DNA of 64,000 bases from Diplonema japonicum (Eukaryota > Protista > Euglenozoa: Diplonemea), in the NCBI GenBank assembly GCA_964019335.1, contig OZ025710.1:62001-126000 (forward strand), given 5' to 3'. The position numbers and the translations under genes were made by a program. Position 1 is the stretch's first letter. Each line of letters starts with the position of its first letter. Shown piece after piece: positions 60,278-64,000 of the stretch. Under the pieces are notes generated by a model. The model had not been told where the DNA came from. It did no database searches and was given only the letters and a program-made list of their open reading frames with translations.

Positions 60278-62299
60278 TCAAGGAGCCGCTTCCTTGTTAG
60301 TTTTCATCGTCGGTGCTTTGACTGCCTCAACCTCGAACGGCGCAAACGAAATCTCGCCATTCTCGAACGACAGAGCAACACTTTTTTTTTTTTTTTTTTT
60401 TTTTTAATAAAAACTTTCCCCCCCCTTTCCATACTTGTGGTGGTGCCAAATGGTTCTTCTATGCGACACCGACATCAATGTGATCCCAATGCTCTTCACC
60501 TTCTCATACAAGAGAGCCTCATCGTCAACATGAATAGCTGACGTGCATTCGTCAAGGATGGCAAACTTGGGCTTGTGGTAAAACACCCTTGCAAGCCCGA
60601 TTTTCTGGCGTTCACCACCAGACAGAACGTCCTTCCATTCCTGGACAGACTCGAACCCTTTGTTCTCACGGTCCAGCACATGCTTGCAACGCGCCCATAT
60701 AAGGACTTCTTCAAGCTCCTTATCGGTCATCTTGGACTTCATGTCTGGGTAGATGATCTGGTCACGAAGGCTGCCGTGGACAAGGTACGCTCTCTGCGGG
60801 AGGAAGAAAATATCCTGCGGTTCGGCAGGCCTTGTCATGGTGCCCTCAAACACAGGCCACAGCCCTGCTAGGACACGGAACAGAGAGGACTTCCCGCACC
60901 CGTTCGGCCCTGTGATGAGGCAGTGGTCACCACGTTTCAGCTCGAAGTTCGCCGGCTTCACCAGCTGTTCCCCGTTGGGCGCTACAATCGGGACGTTCTC
61001 GAACCTGATGCACGATGCATCGTGCTTCACCACACCGTGGTACTTTAGAAGGGGGGAATCCTCCTCCATGCCCACCTGCTTGTGGTGGAACTCCCCCTTC
61101 CCGACCTCGTTCAGCACACGGAGAAGCTTTGCCAGTCTACCCGAACGGCCGGACAAATGCGCGATCTCCTTCAGCGACTCCATGAGACGCTCCGTCGAGT
61201 CAGCAGCCGAGCTCATCAGCTTCCTGTTCGTGACGAGGATCTCTGTCGCCTTCCCAGCACCGAGGCCGCCGTTGGAGAGCAGGACAGGCGCTGCGCACAC
61301 GGTCATACCGACGATGCCCCAGATGTACTTCGTGAAGTACCCCTCGTAGATGTTGTAGGGGAAGGCCGCCTCGAGGAGCTTTCTGTTGGCGTCCTGGAGG
61401 GCTTTGTAGCCGGCTTCAAGGCGGGAGCGTTCGACGGCAGCACCGCGGTGGAAGCCGACCTCCTCAGAGTCGGTGACGAGACGGGAATGGCGGGCACGCC
61501 ACTGACCGTCGCGTTCGGCGACGTTGGCGGTGAGACGGCCGAAGGCAGGGCGGAGTGCGTTGAGCGCCTGTGCGGTACCAACAGTTGTGATGCACGCACC
61601 GGCCACAGCACCGGAGCCGACGGACTTCCACAACTCGCCGGTGAAGAGGATACAGTCGAAAACAGGCTTGGCAAGCTGCGAGAAGAGATCAGCAAGCTGC
61701 TGAGAGAACTTATCAACATCATCAGTCAGCATCTGGTCAGGGTTCTCAATCCTATCGTCCATGTTGCCTGACTTGTAATACACCTCGTTGACAAGGTACA
61801 GGTCGTAGAAGTGGCGGGTCAGCTTGGTACGGAAGGAGAAGGCAAGCCTTGTCTGAATGAGCTTGATGAGCGCGTTGCAGACTGCAGCGGGGAGGCCCAG
61901 CAACAACCACAACCCGGACAGCCTAGTGAACTCTCTGAACTTCAGTTCCACCAGACTCTTAATGACCCTCCCGTCCAGGTGTGCAACAACGATGGACAGC
62001 AGTGTCCTCGTTGTCAAGACTGCGATGAACGACATCAAGATGCCCGCTTCCTTGCAGAACATGTTGGGGACAAGGATCTTGACCAGCATCTTTAGGTCCT
62101 CCATGGAGCTGGTACCTATCTTCTTTTTGCCTTTCTCCTTCGATCTTTTTGCGGGGCCGTTCACGAAGCCGAACAGCACGAAGAAGGACCCGATGAAGAG
62201 CAGCCCGAAAAGCTTCTGACTTCTTGTAGATGCCTCCCCATCTTTAGCAGGCGACATCAGCTTCACCAAAGCTTTGGTCCATGTTTGTGCTTCCGGCAT
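60278..62299 (-). CDS. ABCD-family peroxisomal/glycosomal half ABC transporter; two exons (62299-60435, 60380-60278), 655 aa
   Basis: NPDQMLTDDV, EEVGFHRG, Walker A GPNGCGKSS, LSGGERQK and ILDECTSA. The spliced end reads HHHNVALSFENG. Confidence 0.95.
60381..60434 (-). other. 54-nt cis intron in ABCD gene with poly(A) immediately before the AG
   Basis: GTATGGAAAGGGGGGGGAAAGTTTTTATT(A)nG; removal supplies the missing terminal ABC strands. Confidence 0.8.
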
Positions 62300-63149
62300 T
62301 TCTCTTTTTTTTTTAAATGTATAGTATCGTCTCCTTTTTTTTTATATTCGGGTTAACAAGGAAAAATCAGTAACAAGAAAGAATTTCGGGGGGGGTACAC
62401 TGAAGAAAAAAAAAGAAAATAAAAAGCGTGGTGGTAAAGAAAAAAAAAAAGAAAAAAGCCCGTGAAAAAGGAAAAAAAAAGGGGGGGAGTGGGAATGGAA
62501 AGTTCTGGGAAGAATAATAATAAAAAACACACAAGACAGAAGGAAAAGAAAAAGAAAAAGAAAGGAGGTCCTGTTCAAGCCCATGAGTAAAGAGAAAAAA
62601 AAAGGAGGGGGGAATTAAAGAAAAAAAATTAGGAGTGTTAGGTCAATTAAATCAGCTCTTACCAAGCTGGGGAGAGGGCCTTTTTTCTCTTTTTTTTTCT
62701 TTGAGGGTGTGTTTGTGTGTGCAAAAAAAAAAAATTGCAAAAAAAAAGGACCTCCCCCAACCTACCTCCCTGTTCCCCCACTCCTTCCCTTTCTCCTCAC
62801 TGATCCGAAAAAAAACTAAAAAAAAAAAAGGGCATCTGGAAGGGTATAGTAGTTTTTCCCAATCCTTCCTTCACCCATTTCTCCCCTTTTTTTTTGTTCC
62901 AAGGGTTAAACGTACATAAAGGGAGGGGTAGTTATGAAAAAAAAGAAAACACTTTACAAAAAAAAAAAAAATAGAAATAAAAAAAAGTGATCCCCCCTCC
63001 CAATTCATATCCTCCCCGAGGTTTTGGCCGTTCCTTTCCCTTTCTCTTTTTTTTTTTGGTTTTCCTCTTTTTTTCCCCTTTTGTCTTTTTTTTTTTTCTC
63101 TCTCCTCCCGTCCCTCGCCACCAATAATAACATATTATCTCCGCTTTGC

Positions 63150-63933
63150 CTATTCGCAGAATGCGAACGGGTAGCTGTGGCCGCCATCGTCGTTCTCCAT
63201 CTCCGGGTCGTAGGTGTCCTATAAAAGAAAAAAATATTTTTTTTTCTCTCCCTCTGTCACTCATACCAGGTAGTTCTTGGACCTGAAGAACTCGTAAGCA
63301 CCCGGAATGTTCTCCTTGACAGGCTGGTAGAAGGGGAGGAAAGACCTCCTGGGCTTCACACCCCACTTTTTCTGGGTGTCCCAATGGCCGAGCTCACCCA
63401 TCTGTATTTTTTTTTTTTTTTTTTTTTTTTTTAAACCATACCTCCTCGTAGAATGAGGCAAAGGGGGAAGGAGTCCCCTTCATGTAGTACCAGGCCGCCT
63501 TCTGGCAGGTGGGGTGGTCCTCACCAAGGGAGCCGATGCAGTGGTTAAGCTGCTGGAGGAGGAAATAGGAGTATTTTGCACGGCAGTATGATACGAGGTA
63601 GCCGTGCTGCTGGAAGTCGGTGAACCCAGGGTTGGTCTCGGGTCTAGGCATGCGGAGTGTTGATGAGTTCACGCAACCTTTGGTCATGGTGACGTTGTCC
63701 AGTGCCCAGCCCGACTTTTCCATGTGGTCGGCGTACTTGGTCTCGTACTTCTCCTTCGCCTTCAGCAGCACCTCCTGCGGACCGTCGGGACCATCTTCCC
63801 CGTACCACTTATCCTCAAACTTCGCAGGGTTGGGTTCAGGTCCGTACGCCGTGTTGTTGATACCAGTGAAGTATGACAGGAAGGTCACCGGCTGCGCCTT
63901 CCCGCAGACCACACTCTCACGCTTCTCACCCAT
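63150..63933 (-). CDS. COX6B-like cytochrome c oxidase subunit (euglenozoan extended form); three exons (63933-63442, 63401-63267, 63218-63150), 231 aa
   Basis: YC...HCIGSLGEDHPTCQKAAWYY...P...FYEEMGELGHW follows the COX6B pattern; both introns splice in frame. Confidence 0.65.
63219..63266 (-). other. 48-nt cis intron
   Basis: GTATGA...TTTTATAG, phase 0; opens a 23-codon last exon. Confidence 0.8.
63402..63441 (-). other. 40-nt cis intron made mostly of poly(A)
   Basis: GTATGGTTT(A)nTACAG, phase 0; joins FYEE to MGELGHW. Confidence 0.85.
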
Positions 63934-63963
63934 GTTGGAGTTCTTTTTAGGTCTTTTGCCCTG

Positions 63964-63994
<31 letters not shown>

Positions 63995-64000
63995 CCCCGC

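Noticed and set aside
49-62219. Numerous plus-strand ORFs of 60-357 aa
   Set aside because: They are antisense shadows of minus-strand genes (S/F/C/L-rich mirrors of K/E-rich codons) with no motifs of their own.

Overview
Eukaryotic DNA, most consistent with a diplonemid-like euglenozoan (inference). Every supportable gene and all transposon ORFs lie on the minus strand, like a polycistronic cluster. Many start codons follow pyrimidine- or AC-rich tracts ending in AG (SL trans-splice-type acceptors), yet several genes carry very short (37-56 nt) GT-AG cis introns. The left end holds a non-LTR retrotransposon with ORF1 and an ORF2 (OTU cysteine protease + APE endonuclease + RT) that runs off the window edge. 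The two ORFs share a frame and are separated by one TGA. A 5'-truncated retroelement-like tail lies next to it. Host genes are: RhoGEF (DH-PH), a half-LIM protein, an EEP-domain protein, a membrane protein, a CRIM-like/coiled-coil protein, GET3, a 4,000-aa repetitive coiled-coil protein, two hypotheticals, WD40, alpha-carbonic anhydrase, Ubl/B-box/ankyrin, FAN1, a polyQ protein, a DHX29/57-like helicase, CRAL-TRIO, a membrane-anchored O-methyltransferase, ARM, a YnjE-like rhodanese, an ABCD transporter and a COX6B-like subunit. A defective piggyBac with intact TIRs and TTAA sites sits at 37.6-39.4 kb. The best candidate for a new system is the OTU-bearing LINE, which appears to sit in poly(T) trans-splicing tracts and has a ubiquitin-like RGG motif just past the in-frame stop. 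The second is the set of micro-introns concentrated at gene 3' ends. All calls come from manual translation and motif recognition; no database searches were run.
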